In this document: one piece after another, positions 27,832 through 37,264 of the stretch | How the letters are laid out: every line of letters begins with the position of its first letter | How positions within the stretch are numbered: the first letter of the stretch is position 1 | Origin: a virus | IMG/VR virus record: IMGVR_UViG_3300040801_004793 | Location: 1-64,000 of that record | Length of the DNA stretch: 64,000 nucleotides | Reading direction: 5' to 3' (one strand) | The notes under the pieces: generated by a model | Told to the model about the DNA's origin: nothing | The model's input: only the letters and a program-made list of their open reading frames with translations | Databases searched by the model: none | Translations under genes and position numbers: made by a program

Positions 27832-28578
27832 ATGAATAAGCCACTAAATGGTAAGGCCTACTTTAGTATTCCTCACTGGAAAAACTCCTCTAATATTGCG
27901 GTAAATGATTTAGTACTGTCTAGTTCTAATCCCGAAGAAAAAATAAGACCTACAGATGAGGTTTATGTTCTTGAAAAATTAGATGGGAGTTGTGTTGGTG
28001 TTTTATACCAAAACGAAGAAGTTATCCCTTTAATTAGGTCTGGTTATAGAGCTATTAACAGCCACTACTACCAACACCACCTTTTTCACAACTGGGTCTT
28101 TAGACACTATGAACGATTTTTAGAGTTCTTTAAGTCTCTAAAACTTCAAGAGAACGAGGTTGCTTGGTTAGCTGGGGAGTGGTTAGCTCAGGCTCATGGA
28201 ACTTTGTATGGATTAGAGTCTGAACCCTTTGTTGTTTTTGATCTCTTTACTAGAAAAGGTACAAAGACTACTCGATTAAAGTGGAAGTTAACCCTAGAAA
28301 AAATAAAAGCTTTTTCTTTCATTACTCCTGCGTACTTTAAATCTTCTCCTTCTTGTATTGCAACTGTTTCTAGTGCAAGTAAGTTTTTTGGAAAATTTGG
28401 ATTTCACGGGGCTTTAGAAGAAATAGAGGGTTTTGTATGGAGAGTCGAGAATAAAAAAGAATTTTTGTACAATGCAAAATACGTTAAACCTGGAAAAATT
28501 ATTGGAAAGTATCTCTTTGGGAATTCTGAAGTTTGGAACGAAAATATTAGGCTTTATTGCCCTGAACTAAAGTACTAA
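27832..28578 (+). CDS. ATP-dependent RNA ligase-family nucleotidyltransferase
   Basis: Motif I EKLDGS, III GEW, IIIa FVVFD, IV EGFVWR, V AKYV. Confidence 0.82.
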   Translation: MNKPLNGKAYFSIPHWKNSSNIAVNDLVLSSSNPEEKIRPTDEVYVLEKLDGSCVGVLYQNEEVIPLIRSGYRAINSHYYQHHLFHNWVFRHYERFLEFFKSLKLQENEVAWLAGEWLAQAHGTLYGLESEPFVVFDLFTRKGTKTTRLKWKLTLEKIKAFSFITPAYFKSSPSCIATVSSASKFFGKFGFHGALEEIEGFVWRVENKKEFLYNAKYVKPGKIIGKYLFGNSEVWNENIRLYCPELKY

Positions 28579-28591
28579 GATTCTAGGTAAA

Positions 28592-28999
28592 ATGATCAAA
28601 CCCAATTTTTCTGCCCCACTTACACTGGGGGACCTTATTAAGCAATTAGAGCCTTTTCCTTTGTATACCCCAGTATTTGTGTGTGATTTTAATTATACTG
28701 TGGGGGATCTAGTAAGTTACCGAGCTCACTACCAGTATTTAGCTATAGATCCTAAACCAATAAGTTCTTTTAAAGAAGCGAGTACAGTTGAATTCTGTTT
28801 AAAAATTTTTAGAGAGGCTGAAGAAAAAATCTTTGTGGGTTATAAAGGGGGAGAGTTTCTTATGACAAGAGAAACTCCTGTTTTTATATCTCCTTACGCG
28901 AGTTTTATACAAATATATACCTTAAGAGTAGAAAGATTTGATTGGCTATTATCTTCCGAAGCCGTTGTCATTCAAGGGGTAGAATTTAAGGATTTTTAA
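28592..28999 (+). CDS. conserved phage hypothetical protein
   Basis: TLGDLI..LE, SYR..Y..LA, F.GYKGG.F.M...TPV pattern. Confidence 0.6.
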   Translation: MIKPNFSAPLTLGDLIKQLEPFPLYTPVFVCDFNYTVGDLVSYRAHYQYLAIDPKPISSFKEASTVEFCLKIFREAEEKIFVGYKGGEFLMTRETPVFISPYASFIQIYTLRVERFDWLLSSEAVVIQGVEFKDF

Positions 29000-29336
29000 C
29001 ACTATGATAAATTTACTTTCGTCAATTAAGGAAACTACCCCTAAAGTAGTGTCTTTTATAACTTCCTTTCTCTTGATGATTATACTAGCTTTATCTTTAT
29101 CTTTAGGTGTTTTTTCAATCTTTAAACCTATTGGATTTCATAGTCAACATCTACAAGTTCAGGATAATATTCAATTTACAGAAGATACATCTTATATCTT
29201 TCGTACGGAAATTAGCAAAAAAGAAGGAGTTGAGATATACTATAGTACAAAAACATACAAAAATAAAATTCAGTAGTTTTCTCAAGTTTTAGTATCTTAT
29301 TGGTAGAATCTCTTACGTAGTCAAAGAGAGGGGGTA

Positions 29337-29627
29337 ATGGACATTCATACAAAGTTGAGTAGTGGGTATTACGAACCTAAAGTGAATTTTTTACCTTACG
29401 TTAAGTATCGTAACCCCCAAGAATTCTATAGTCAGCTTTACTTTGAAGAAAAACAAAGGTTATTTAAGGAGTTTAAAAAAGACGCTCTAGCACACGCTAA
29501 TTTTACAGACCCAGCTTTAAGTGAGAGAGCTTGGGCGTATGTAATAAGTCTTAAACATACATCTTTATTTGTCGATATAATTAACAGTTTAGAGCAGTTA
29601 AATTATGTAATCAAAGGAGATGAGTAA
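29337..29627 (+). CDS. tandem paralog family protein 1
   Basis: Y.PK...FKKDAL...RAW...YVIKGDE. Confidence 0.75.
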   Translation: MDIHTKLSSGYYEPKVNFLPYVKYRNPQEFYSQLYFEEKQRLFKEFKKDALAHANFTDPALSERAWAYVISLKHTSLFVDIINSLEQLNYVIKGDE

Positions 29628-29920
29628 TGGACATTTATGCAAAGATTGACAGCGGTTGTTATGAGCCTAAAAGTAGATTTATACCCTATAGCAAAGCTGG
29701 TACGCTAGAGGCGTATGAAAATCAACCGTACTTGAAAGAAGAGGAAAAGTTACTTCAAAATTTCAAAAAAGATGCCATTCTTGAAGCTGGGTTAGACCCT
29801 GATAATTCTATGACAGGTAGAGCATGGGATATGGCATGGGAGCTAGGTCATAGTAACGGCTATTCTGGAGTTTACGGATATCTGCGTGATATCGCTTATG
29901 TGATTAATGGAGACACGTAA
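29627..29920 (+). CDS. tandem paralog family protein 2
   Basis: FKKDA...RAWDMAWELGHSNGY...YVINGD. Confidence 0.75.
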   Translation: MDIYAKIDSGCYEPKSRFIPYSKAGTLEAYENQPYLKEEEKLLQNFKKDAILEAGLDPDNSMTGRAWDMAWELGHSNGYSGVYGYLRDIAYVINGDT

Positions 29921-30213
29921 TGGATTTCAATAGAAAGTTAAATACCAGATATTATGTGCCTAAAACTGCCTGCATACCTGGCTATAAGTGTAGTAGTTCT
30001 AAAGAATATCTAGAACAGCCGTATTTTAAAGAAAAACAAAGGTTACTTCAAGAGTTCAAAAAAGACGCTCTTCACGCAGCCGGTTTAGACCCGGCTGATC
30101 CTATGACAGAAAGAGCTTACACTTTGGCCTGGCGATTAGGGCATGATTACGGTCATTCAGCTATCTATAACTATCTGTGGGATATCGCTTATGTAATTAA
30201 AGGAGATGAGTAA
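29920..30213 (+). CDS. tandem paralog family protein 3
   Basis: FKKDAL...RAYTLAWRLGH...YVIKGDE. Confidence 0.75.
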   Translation: MDFNRKLNTRYYVPKTACIPGYKCSSSKEYLEQPYFKEKQRLLQEFKKDALHAAGLDPADPMTERAYTLAWRLGHDYGHSAIYNYLWDIAYVIKGDE

Positions 30214-30509
30214 TGGGAGTTCTAGAAAATCTCAAAAACGGCAAATACAGTCTAGAGGTAAAAATGCCATATCTCCCTTTTTCTAGTAGCATAGAAGAAA
30301 GGCAGCAATGGACTAAGGATATGGATGATTACTATGAAGCTAGGCGTAATCATGCCCTCGTAATTAAGACCGATTTCATGGAAGAATTCGGGGACACTAA
30401 AACCCATAGAGGGCTATGGGATTATCTCTATAGCCATCATGGTTGCCTAAATGTTGAAGTTCTGTATAAAGAGTTTAAGCAAGCTTTAGATTTCATTAAT
30501 AATGCTTAG
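30213..30509 (+). CDS. hypothetical protein (possibly a distant fourth paralog)
   Basis: 98 aa, TAATG-coupled to the previous gene. Confidence 0.6.
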   Translation: MGVLENLKNGKYSLEVKMPYLPFSSSIEERQQWTKDMDDYYEARRNHALVIKTDFMEEFGDTKTHRGLWDYLYSHHGCLNVEVLYKEFKQALDFINNA

Positions 30510-30532
30510 CTAATTAACTTTAGTTTCCGCAA

Positions 30533-30604
30533 TCCTCAGTAGCTCAGTGGTAGAGCGGTCGGCTGTTAACCGATTGGTCGTAGGTTCGAATCCTACCTGA
30601 GGAG
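30533..30604 (+). tRNA. tRNA-Asn(GTT)
   Basis: TCCTCAG/CTGAGGA acceptor, loop CTGTTAA. Confidence 0.95.
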
Positions 30605-30647
30605 TATTGATTTCTATACAAATATCGTGTTATATTATCTACTATAA

Positions 30648-30720
30648 TCCCCCATAGCTCAGCGGACAGAGCATCCGCCTTCTAAGCGGAGAGTCGTTGG
30701 TTCAAATCCAACTGGGGGAG
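30648..30720 (+). tRNA. tRNA-Arg(TCT), second copy
   Basis: TCCCCCA/TGGGGGA acceptor, TCCGC-CTTCTAA-GCGGA. Confidence 0.93.
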
Positions 30721-30746
30721 CCACGACCCTTATATTAAAATTTATT

Positions 30747-31361
30747 ATGTTGGATTTATCAAATGCTACTCTTGATTTAAAAGAAAGAATCTCTCGGTAC
30801 AAGCGAGAAAATTCTCCCGTAGTTTTTGAGGAGCCACAGTATTTATTTCTATCAGGTTTAGTAGCTAGAAATAGCTCTCTAAAGTATTATTTAAATTCTT
30901 TTGGAGAGGACCCACTAGAAGTAAATTTACACAAATTAATGTGTGACCTTTTAAAGGATTTGAAAACTTTAAATCCCGGTTTTTTCCTAGGCCACACCTC
31001 TTCTAACCACATTGAAATTTGTTATCATCCAAAAACAACACAGTATCCAATTCAAAATTCTGGTTTTACTTCTATAGCTGTTTCCCGAGCTGTTAATTTT
31101 ATATCAAACTACTATAAAAACCCCATGGTTCTTTTTACGGCTTATCAAGTGCCAGGGTTAGAGGTACAAAATGTCTTTAAATACTCCCAATTATCTTGGG
31201 AAGCAAGGCGTAATAGAATTCTAGGGGAAATGTATTTAGGCATTCCATCTTCAGACCATAGCCTATCGCATAAAGAAATTCTATCTAGAGTTTTATCTTT
31301 GGGAAGTTTTAAGCTAGAAGATTTACCAGTTACAATGTTAAAAGGGCTTTATATTAATTAG
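30747..31361 (+). CDS. hypothetical protein
   Basis: 204-aa ORF. Confidence 0.65.
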   Translation: MLDLSNATLDLKERISRYKRENSPVVFEEPQYLFLSGLVARNSSLKYYLNSFGEDPLEVNLHKLMCDLLKDLKTLNPGFFLGHTSSNHIEICYHPKTTQYPIQNSGFTSIAVSRAVNFISNYYKNPMVLFTAYQVPGLEVQNVFKYSQLSWEARRNRILGEMYLGIPSSDHSLSHKEILSRVLSLGSFKLEDLPVTMLKGLYIN

Positions 31362-31373
31362 AAGGAGAAACAA

Positions 31374-32039
31374 ATGTCAGCTTCTAGAAGTTTACAGGAA
31401 ATTTTAAGTCTTATCAGTTCTAATTCAGATTTTCGCGATCCTGAAGAAGTTAAGCCGAAAGTTTTTAAAAGTATTTTCCCTTCTTTTCTTCAAGAGGGAG
31501 AACACACCAGCAATTACGTGTCTAATATTGATTGGTTAAAAAGTCGAAACGCAATCTTTGTCGGCGTTCCAGACTTTGAGACTAAGAATAAGGTTTTTTC
31601 TACAAATAGTTTCTTAGTTTGTATGCTTCTTTTTGTTTCAGGAGAAAAGCTTAATACTTTTCAAAAAATACTGTCTGAAACAAAGTTTTTCTCTCCAATT
31701 TACGAGGCCTGCCAAGAAAAACCGGCTTATGCCCAGGCAGTTCTTAAAACAGAAGAGCTTGCTAGCTATGAGGATTCCATCAGAGTAATAGAAGCTTTGA
31801 TTGGTCATTTAGAACAACAGGGTTTTTTAGTTAGGAGATTTAAACTAGGCATTTCCAATTCTGCCTATCAATTTAAAACTCTTGACATGGAAGACACCTT
31901 TCTCGATTTTAATTTACCGCCAGCAGATAATGGTTCCTTAGCTCTGATAGATAAACCCCTATCTTATTACATAGGGGAGTGGCTAGGAAAAACCTTGTCC
32001 ATTGACTCTACGGAGTCCACTGGCAAACAGTCTTTGTAG
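31374..32039 (+). CDS. hypothetical protein
   Basis: 221-aa ORF with AAGGAG RBS. Confidence 0.65.
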   Translation: MSASRSLQEILSLISSNSDFRDPEEVKPKVFKSIFPSFLQEGEHTSNYVSNIDWLKSRNAIFVGVPDFETKNKVFSTNSFLVCMLLFVSGEKLNTFQKILSETKFFSPIYEACQEKPAYAQAVLKTEELASYEDSIRVIEALIGHLEQQGFLVRRFKLGISNSAYQFKTLDMEDTFLDFNLPPADNGSLALIDKPLSYYIGEWLGKTLSIDSTESTGKQSL

Positions 32040-32122
32040 AGAGGCAATTTAGTTTCTCTACTTAGGGGGCCTATCCTCTTTAGGCCTCGTTCGTGTACAC
32101 GTCTAAAACACAAAAACACATC

Positions 32123-32542
32123 ATGTCTAACCAAAACAACAACTCCGCTGTCCAGAACCTCGCTGAAGCTCTGGCTAACCTGATCTCTACTACCGCTCCG
32201 GCTAACGGCAATGTTGTGCCTACTGTTGTTCCGCCCACGCCCAGCTACGCGGTGAGCCAAACTGCGGCGGTGGCTCCTGTAGCAACTGTTGTGTTGCAAG
32301 GCACCGTTAAGCAGCCATCTCTGAGGACGTTCCAGAGCTGGCAGCATCTAGGCTACACCTTGGGCCGTATCAAGGACGAGACCTTCGGTACGGAAATTCG
32401 CGCCGACGAAGCTTCCTTAAGCATCAACGGCCAAGCTCCTCAGCCTCTAAGCCTGACGAGCCTCCTGCCCGAAGCCGTTAACGCGGAGGGTATCACCTCT
32501 ATCCGCCTAACCTACAGTGTCACCTCTGGCACCAACGGTTAG
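32123..32542 (+). CDS. putative ubiquitin-like (beta-grasp) modifier with low-complexity N-terminal extension
   Basis: Ends in strand + SGTNG-stop (C-terminal Gly, compare the GTKG end of PRTRC protein C); lies directly before JAB, E2 and E1 genes. Confidence 0.65.
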   Translation: MSNQNNNSAVQNLAEALANLISTTAPANGNVVPTVVPPTPSYAVSQTAAVAPVATVVLQGTVKQPSLRTFQSWQHLGYTLGRIKDETFGTEIRADEASLSINGQAPQPLSLTSLLPEAVNAEGITSIRLTYSVTSGTNG

Positions 32543-32609
32543 TAGTTCATAGGGCTGGGGCTCCCCTCTAAGAGCCCCACTGTTTAGGTTACGTCAAAAT
32601 TTGACAGTC

Positions 32610-32642
32610 AGGAGGGGCCTCAAAACCCCTCCTTTTCTTTTT
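32610..32642 (+). terminator. rho-independent terminator between Ubl and JAB genes
   Basis: AGGAGGGG-CCTCAAAA-CCCCTCCT followed by TTTCTTTTT. Confidence 0.65.
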
Positions 32643-32670
32643 GTCAACAACACTACTCACTAAACTGATA

Positions 32671-34038
32671 ATGACACAGCAAGAAGAAGCAAAAATCACT
32701 CCGAAGATTACATCCTCTGGATCTTTCATTCGAAGAGGCGATGAAATTCAACCCCTGATTCAGTACTTTGGGGGCCGTTACTTTTGTCCAATGCAGCATC
32801 CTGTATTTCTGGGCTACACGGAGATGACGGACCAGGATCGCCACATGACTAATGAAGAGTTTTTGACTTTTCAAGATCTCAACTTCTGGAATCTTCAACC
32901 AAGTCCAGTAGATCCTTCCAAAGTAATTACTTCTACGGGAACTTTTCAAAAAGTCCCTAAAGAAGATTGGATCAAGACGATCAAATTATTTGCTCACTTT
33001 TGTAGAAATGATGGATTCCCTAATGAGTTAGAAGTGGGCTTAATTTTGGCTCTTCACAATGAGAGTCAGACCTTAAGGCTTCTTGTACCCAAACAGTCTG
33101 TGACAAAAGCCAGTGTTAACTGGACAATTTCCGACATTAAATCTGATACCCAAGTAATGGACTTGGATGGAAACCTCATCGTAATGTCGGATTATACTCC
33201 CGTAGGTGTTTTTCATAGCCATAACACTTTCGGGGCCTTCCCTTCTTCAGTAGATAACACTTGTGAGGTAAAAGACACTGCGGGAAAGATTATTCCCACG
33301 GGTTTCCATATGATTCTGGGAAACTTCAAAAACTACGAAAACTACGAGTTTGATGAACCCACTTTTGATACTTACAGTAGCTTCTCTCATCTGGGAGTTC
33401 GCCACCAAGTAACAAGTGAAAAAACCTTTGAGTTCTTTGTGAGTGATGACTTTTCAGTGGAGGAGTACCAACAGAATACCTTTAGCACAAACATTCTAAC
33501 AATCATCACCAGGTCAACTGTTTGGTCGGGCAAAGTTTATACAGGTAAGTCTTATGCGACGAGGCCTTACTCGGGATCTGCCAATTACGTAAACTACCGC
33601 CCGTTTAGAAATCCTGAGCATGAGCAAGCGTACAACAGGATTAGTAAAAAGCACAGAAAAGCTTCTGCTGCTAATCAAGCCTGGAGAACTTCTACAGTAC
33701 CCGCTCTTATCAGGACGGATGCAAAAGAAGCTCTGATTGAGTACGCTATTAGTTGCATGTATGACATCTACGCCACGCTCGTAGATGACTTGAGTGCCGA
33801 CCCTGTGGACTTAATGAAAGAGTTCGAAGCTTGGCATCAGGAAAGTCTTGGTTCAAACAATTCTCTAGAAATGCTCTCGTCTGAGATGTATACTCCTTTA
33901 CCATCTGAGATGTATACCCCTTTGGCAAGTGATGACCCTCTATCTAATGAAGACTACTGGACATCTTCTATTGATGGAGGAGGTCTGGTAGACAACTCAG
34001 CGGATGTAGACAATCCTTTTTACTATCGAGGAAACTAA
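32671..34038 (+). CDS. JAB/MPN-domain metallopeptidase (PRTRC protein A-like)
   Basis: Upstream Glu (NELEV), VPKQ.V..ASV, HSHNTFGAFPSSVD (HxH..S..D) motif. Confidence 0.8.
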   Translation: MTQQEEAKITPKITSSGSFIRRGDEIQPLIQYFGGRYFCPMQHPVFLGYTEMTDQDRHMTNEEFLTFQDLNFWNLQPSPVDPSKVITSTGTFQKVPKEDWIKTIKLFAHFCRNDGFPNELEVGLILALHNESQTLRLLVPKQSVTKASVNWTISDIKSDTQVMDLDGNLIVMSDYTPVGVFHSHNTFGAFPSSVDNTCEVKDTAGKIIPTGFHMILGNFKNYENYEFDEPTFDTYSSFSHLGVRHQVTSEKTFEFFVSDDFSVEEYQQNTFSTNILTIITRSTVWSGKVYTGKSYATRPYSGSANYVNYRPFRNPEHEQAYNRISKKHRKASAANQAWRTSTVPALIRTDAKEALIEYAISCMYDIYATLVDDLSADPVDLMKEFEAWHQESLGSNNSLEMLSSEMYTPLPSEMYTPLASDDPLSNEDYWTSSIDGGGLVDNSADVDNPFYYRGN

Positions 34039-34039
34039 A

Positions 34040-35065
34040 ATGGCGATTGATGACAGTTACACAGTAACGGTTAACCCAAGACCAGACACAATTAAAGGCC
34101 GATTTTGTTTAAGTCACGCACCTACAGCTATTGGTGTACTTCACAGTATTGGGGAACAAGGAACATTCAGTCTTACTGGAGCCTTTATGCCTAGCTATAT
34201 TAGGTATATGGCTTTCCGAGGAATGATTGCTACAGATCTGTTTTGGCAGTTTTGTACTTCTTGTCCTTTGTACCATCAACAAGCTTGTTCTGGAGGAGCC
34301 CCTTTAATTGCTCGGGGAAGAAACGCCCGTCGCAGGTCGGCCAATTTTGTAAATGCAGAAGGCCGTACTCAAACCTGGGACTACGTTGAAGATAATTGCA
34401 AGATGAATTACACGGCCACAGAGCGGGCGGGAAGAACTAATATTACTATTCCCGACCACTTTGCAGCAATTAACGATGGTAGATTTGCGTGGTTTGCAGC
34501 GGAGTATATTCGAAACGAATTTCGATTTACTCCGCTTCGTATGTTTAATACGTACGAATCGGGAAATGTTTGTTTGGGAGAGAACCGTCTTCGGAGCAAC
34601 GCTTCTCTTCCAGAAGTCTATGAAACGTTTCTTAACGGAACAGTCAACAACGATCTCAGACCACTGGCTGCATCTCGGCACTCAAAGACGACTTTAGAGT
34701 GGTGTCAGACCTTTAATTTAGAAGAGCTCAAAGAGGAGGATGACTATCCAGAGAGAACTATAACACAGTTACCTTGCCTTTCCACGACAAACTCAAGAAG
34801 ATTATTTCACGTTTTGCCGCCAAATGTGGCTTTTGTGACTTATCTTCGACTTTCTTCTCCTAACGAATACGTAGACCTATCTCCAGAAGAAAAACAACCT
34901 CGTATTTACCGTGAAAGGTTGTATGTAGCAATTGCAGCTATGTACGATCCCCTCGGAGAAGACCGAGAAGCATATACCTATGTATATGTTCACAACCCCA
35001 CCAAAATAGTGGAAGATGCAGAGCTTCTTAACCGGGTTCAATACGAAGCTGGTAGATCATCATAA
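34040..35065 (+). CDS. prokaryotic E2-like ubiquitin-conjugating protein (PRTRC protein B / Prok-E2 type)
   Basis: PLRMFNTYESGNVCLG motif with putative catalytic Cys, then F...N.DL; N-terminal CxxC cluster. Confidence 0.7.
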   Translation: MAIDDSYTVTVNPRPDTIKGRFCLSHAPTAIGVLHSIGEQGTFSLTGAFMPSYIRYMAFRGMIATDLFWQFCTSCPLYHQQACSGGAPLIARGRNARRRSANFVNAEGRTQTWDYVEDNCKMNYTATERAGRTNITIPDHFAAINDGRFAWFAAEYIRNEFRFTPLRMFNTYESGNVCLGENRLRSNASLPEVYETFLNGTVNNDLRPLAASRHSKTTLEWCQTFNLEELKEEDDYPERTITQLPCLSTTNSRRLFHVLPPNVAFVTYLRLSSPNEYVDLSPEEKQPRIYRERLYVAIAAMYDPLGEDREAYTYVYVHNPTKIVEDAELLNRVQYEAGRSS

Positions 35066-35115
35066 ACCGTCGCCACTCTGAAACCAGTCCATCTAAAACA
35101 TAGCAGAGGTCAAGC

Positions 35116-36054
35116 ATGAAAACTTTCGTTCCTGATGAGATCATCCAAATTGGATGCGGAGGCACAGGCTCCCGTTTAGTAGAAGAACTAAAATTTTGGG
35201 TTCGTGGAAATCTAGTTGATCTGCCCAGGTCTTTTTATTACACCTTGGTAGATTTTGATACTGTCGGAGATAGTAATCTAAATCGACAGCTCTTTTATCC
35301 ATGGGACCTGGGTAAGTCAAAAGCTCACGTCTTTGTGGAGCGTTTACGGAATTTGATTAAAATCAGGCAAATTCCAGAACCAATTAACCAAGATACTGTC
35401 AACTTCATCTTTGACGAGGAGCGGCTAAATAAAAAACTAGTGGTTATTTGCTCGGCGGATAACCCTCTAGTTGTTAAACAGGTCATGTTAAAGTTGCTTG
35501 CCGATGCAAGAAACGACTACCTGTGGATCTTTACTGGGGCCAGTCTAGTTAATCACACCTTACATACTGGGGAGTATCTGGAAACGGGGGTTGGACAGGC
35601 TTATGCGTATGGTGTAGTAAACCAAACACCCCTGTTTCCTGTTCCCCCGAATGAGGCCCTGCTAGACATTATGCGGGCTGTGGGTTATGGTCCCACTTCT
35701 ACGGGTAACAACTGTGGGGTAACAACCTCAGGAGGAGCCCAAACGCCCCTCATGAATCACAGTTGTGTAAATGCTGTGTTACAAATTTTCAATGCTCTCT
35801 TTAAGCATGGTAAGTTTATTCCAGCCATCTACTTTGTGGATGGAGTAAGCACCACCTATGCCGAGGCTATTGATGTGGCTACGTTGATGGGTACAGCATC
35901 ACTAGAGCAGCTTTCTGCTTTAGACTCAATTAGTCGGACTCTTTCTTCTCAATCGGCGTCTGAAAATGATGACTATGACTATGAGGACGAGGACGAAGAG
36001 GATGAGGATGAGGAAGAGGAGTACGATGATTACTTCGACGATGATGAGCACTAA
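35116..36054 (+). CDS. ThiF/E1-like adenylating enzyme
   Basis: IGCGGTGS, DFDTV..SNLNRQ, GKSKA, CSADN, C...Q...N; long acidic tail. Confidence 0.9.
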   Translation: MKTFVPDEIIQIGCGGTGSRLVEELKFWVRGNLVDLPRSFYYTLVDFDTVGDSNLNRQLFYPWDLGKSKAHVFVERLRNLIKIRQIPEPINQDTVNFIFDEERLNKKLVVICSADNPLVVKQVMLKLLADARNDYLWIFTGASLVNHTLHTGEYLETGVGQAYAYGVVNQTPLFPVPPNEALLDIMRAVGYGPTSTGNNCGVTTSGGAQTPLMNHSCVNAVLQIFNALFKHGKFIPAIYFVDGVSTTYAEAIDVATLMGTASLEQLSALDSISRTLSSQSASENDDYDYEDEDEEDEDEEEEYDDYFDDDEH

Positions 36055-36125
36055 CTAGTGTTGACTTCTAGATGGTAGGGGTAGTAAAATACCCCTACTC
36101 GCCTGTAAACCTAAAACAAAAACAA

Positions 36126-36449
36126 ATGAAACTACCACCTGATCTACTGCGAGTGTTACACGAGAATCGGTCCTCTTTACCCCCATCGGTTTTAGAAATG
36201 ATACCGACTCTCTTTGTTAAGGAAGACTTTATTGATCTGGAGGAAGATTCTAGAGAAAAAGTACTAGCACTAATTCGGGATATTTGCTTTATTCTTTTGG
36301 AAGAATTTCCCGAGTCCGATGAGGATAATCCTCAGATGGACAAATTAGCGTCCTTAGAAGATAAGCATCTAATTGCCCTTCTTAAACATTCAATGAAAGC
36401 TGACAGTTTAAAGCTTACAAAGCGAGGCAAAAGAGCTTCCGAAGATTAA
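36126..36449 (+). CDS. hypothetical protein
   Basis: Likely start MKLPP within ORF 36072..36449. Confidence 0.55.
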   Translation: MKLPPDLLRVLHENRSSLPPSVLEMIPTLFVKEDFIDLEEDSREKVLALIRDICFILLEEFPESDEDNPQMDKLASLEDKHLIALLKHSMKADSLKLTKRGKRASED

Positions 36450-36502
36450 ACTGAAATAGGGGGAAGGTTGTCCTTCCCCTCCTACGTCTATTCTTTTTTA
36501 TT

Positions 36503-37081
36503 ATGACTACACCAGTACTAGAATACGTTAAAACAAGTCAGGCTTTACATCCTGTAAAAGCTCACGAAACAGACGCTTGCTATGATATTTTTGTTGATTT
36601 ATCAGAAGCACCTACTCTAAAAAGTAATGCTTTAAAGGGTATGGTATCTCCGAATTCAAATGCTATAGATTTTTCCTTGGAGTCGAAAGAAATTCCTATC
36701 TATCCAGCGTATAACGGAACTTTGTATGTAGATCTTCCCCCTATGTCTGTGACTATTATTCCAACGGGATTATTTTTTAATATTCCGGATGGTTATAGAG
36801 TAGACATTAGAAGCCGTTCTGGAAGGTCTACTACAGGACAATTTTTAGCTAATGGCGTTGGTACTATAGACCAAGACTACCGAGACGAGATTAAAGTTAT
36901 TCTCTTTAACTTTGGTCTAGAGTCTCGTATTCATCAGGGGGATAAGATTGCTCAAATGATGCTCTGCTCTTCAGAGCCCTCTTTGACACAAAGCGTCCTT
37001 TCTGAGTATAATAGAGGAACTTCTCTTCCCTGGCAAAACTCTAACAATAGAGGTGGAGGTCTAGGAAGCACTGGAAACTAA
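36503..37081 (+). CDS. dut: trimeric dUTPase
   Basis: ACYD, RSRSG, GTIDQDYRDEI, GDKIAQ, RGGGLGSTG motifs. Confidence 0.92.
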   Translation: MTTPVLEYVKTSQALHPVKAHETDACYDIFVDLSEAPTLKSNALKGMVSPNSNAIDFSLESKEIPIYPAYNGTLYVDLPPMSVTIIPTGLFFNIPDGYRVDIRSRSGRSTTGQFLANGVGTIDQDYRDEIKVILFNFGLESRIHQGDKIAQMMLCSSEPSLTQSVLSEYNRGTSLPWQNSNNRGGGLGSTGN

Positions 37082-37264
37082 CTCTTAAAAACTATGATTC
37101 TTGGGGCTATTACTTTTTTTATCGTGGGGTGCTTTTTTACAAAAAGTATTCTATTTTCTACCCCAAAAAAGAAAAAAGTAAAAAGCCCCCAAGAAATTCA
37201 AGAAGAATTACTAAACCAGTTGTTATTAAATCACTTTGAATATATAAAAAAAGCTAAAAAATAA

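Noticed and set aside
33880-33925. 24-nt tandem duplication (SEMYTPLP/SEMYTPLA) in the JAB gene
   Set aside because: A single local slippage in a disordered acidic tail; no sign of an array
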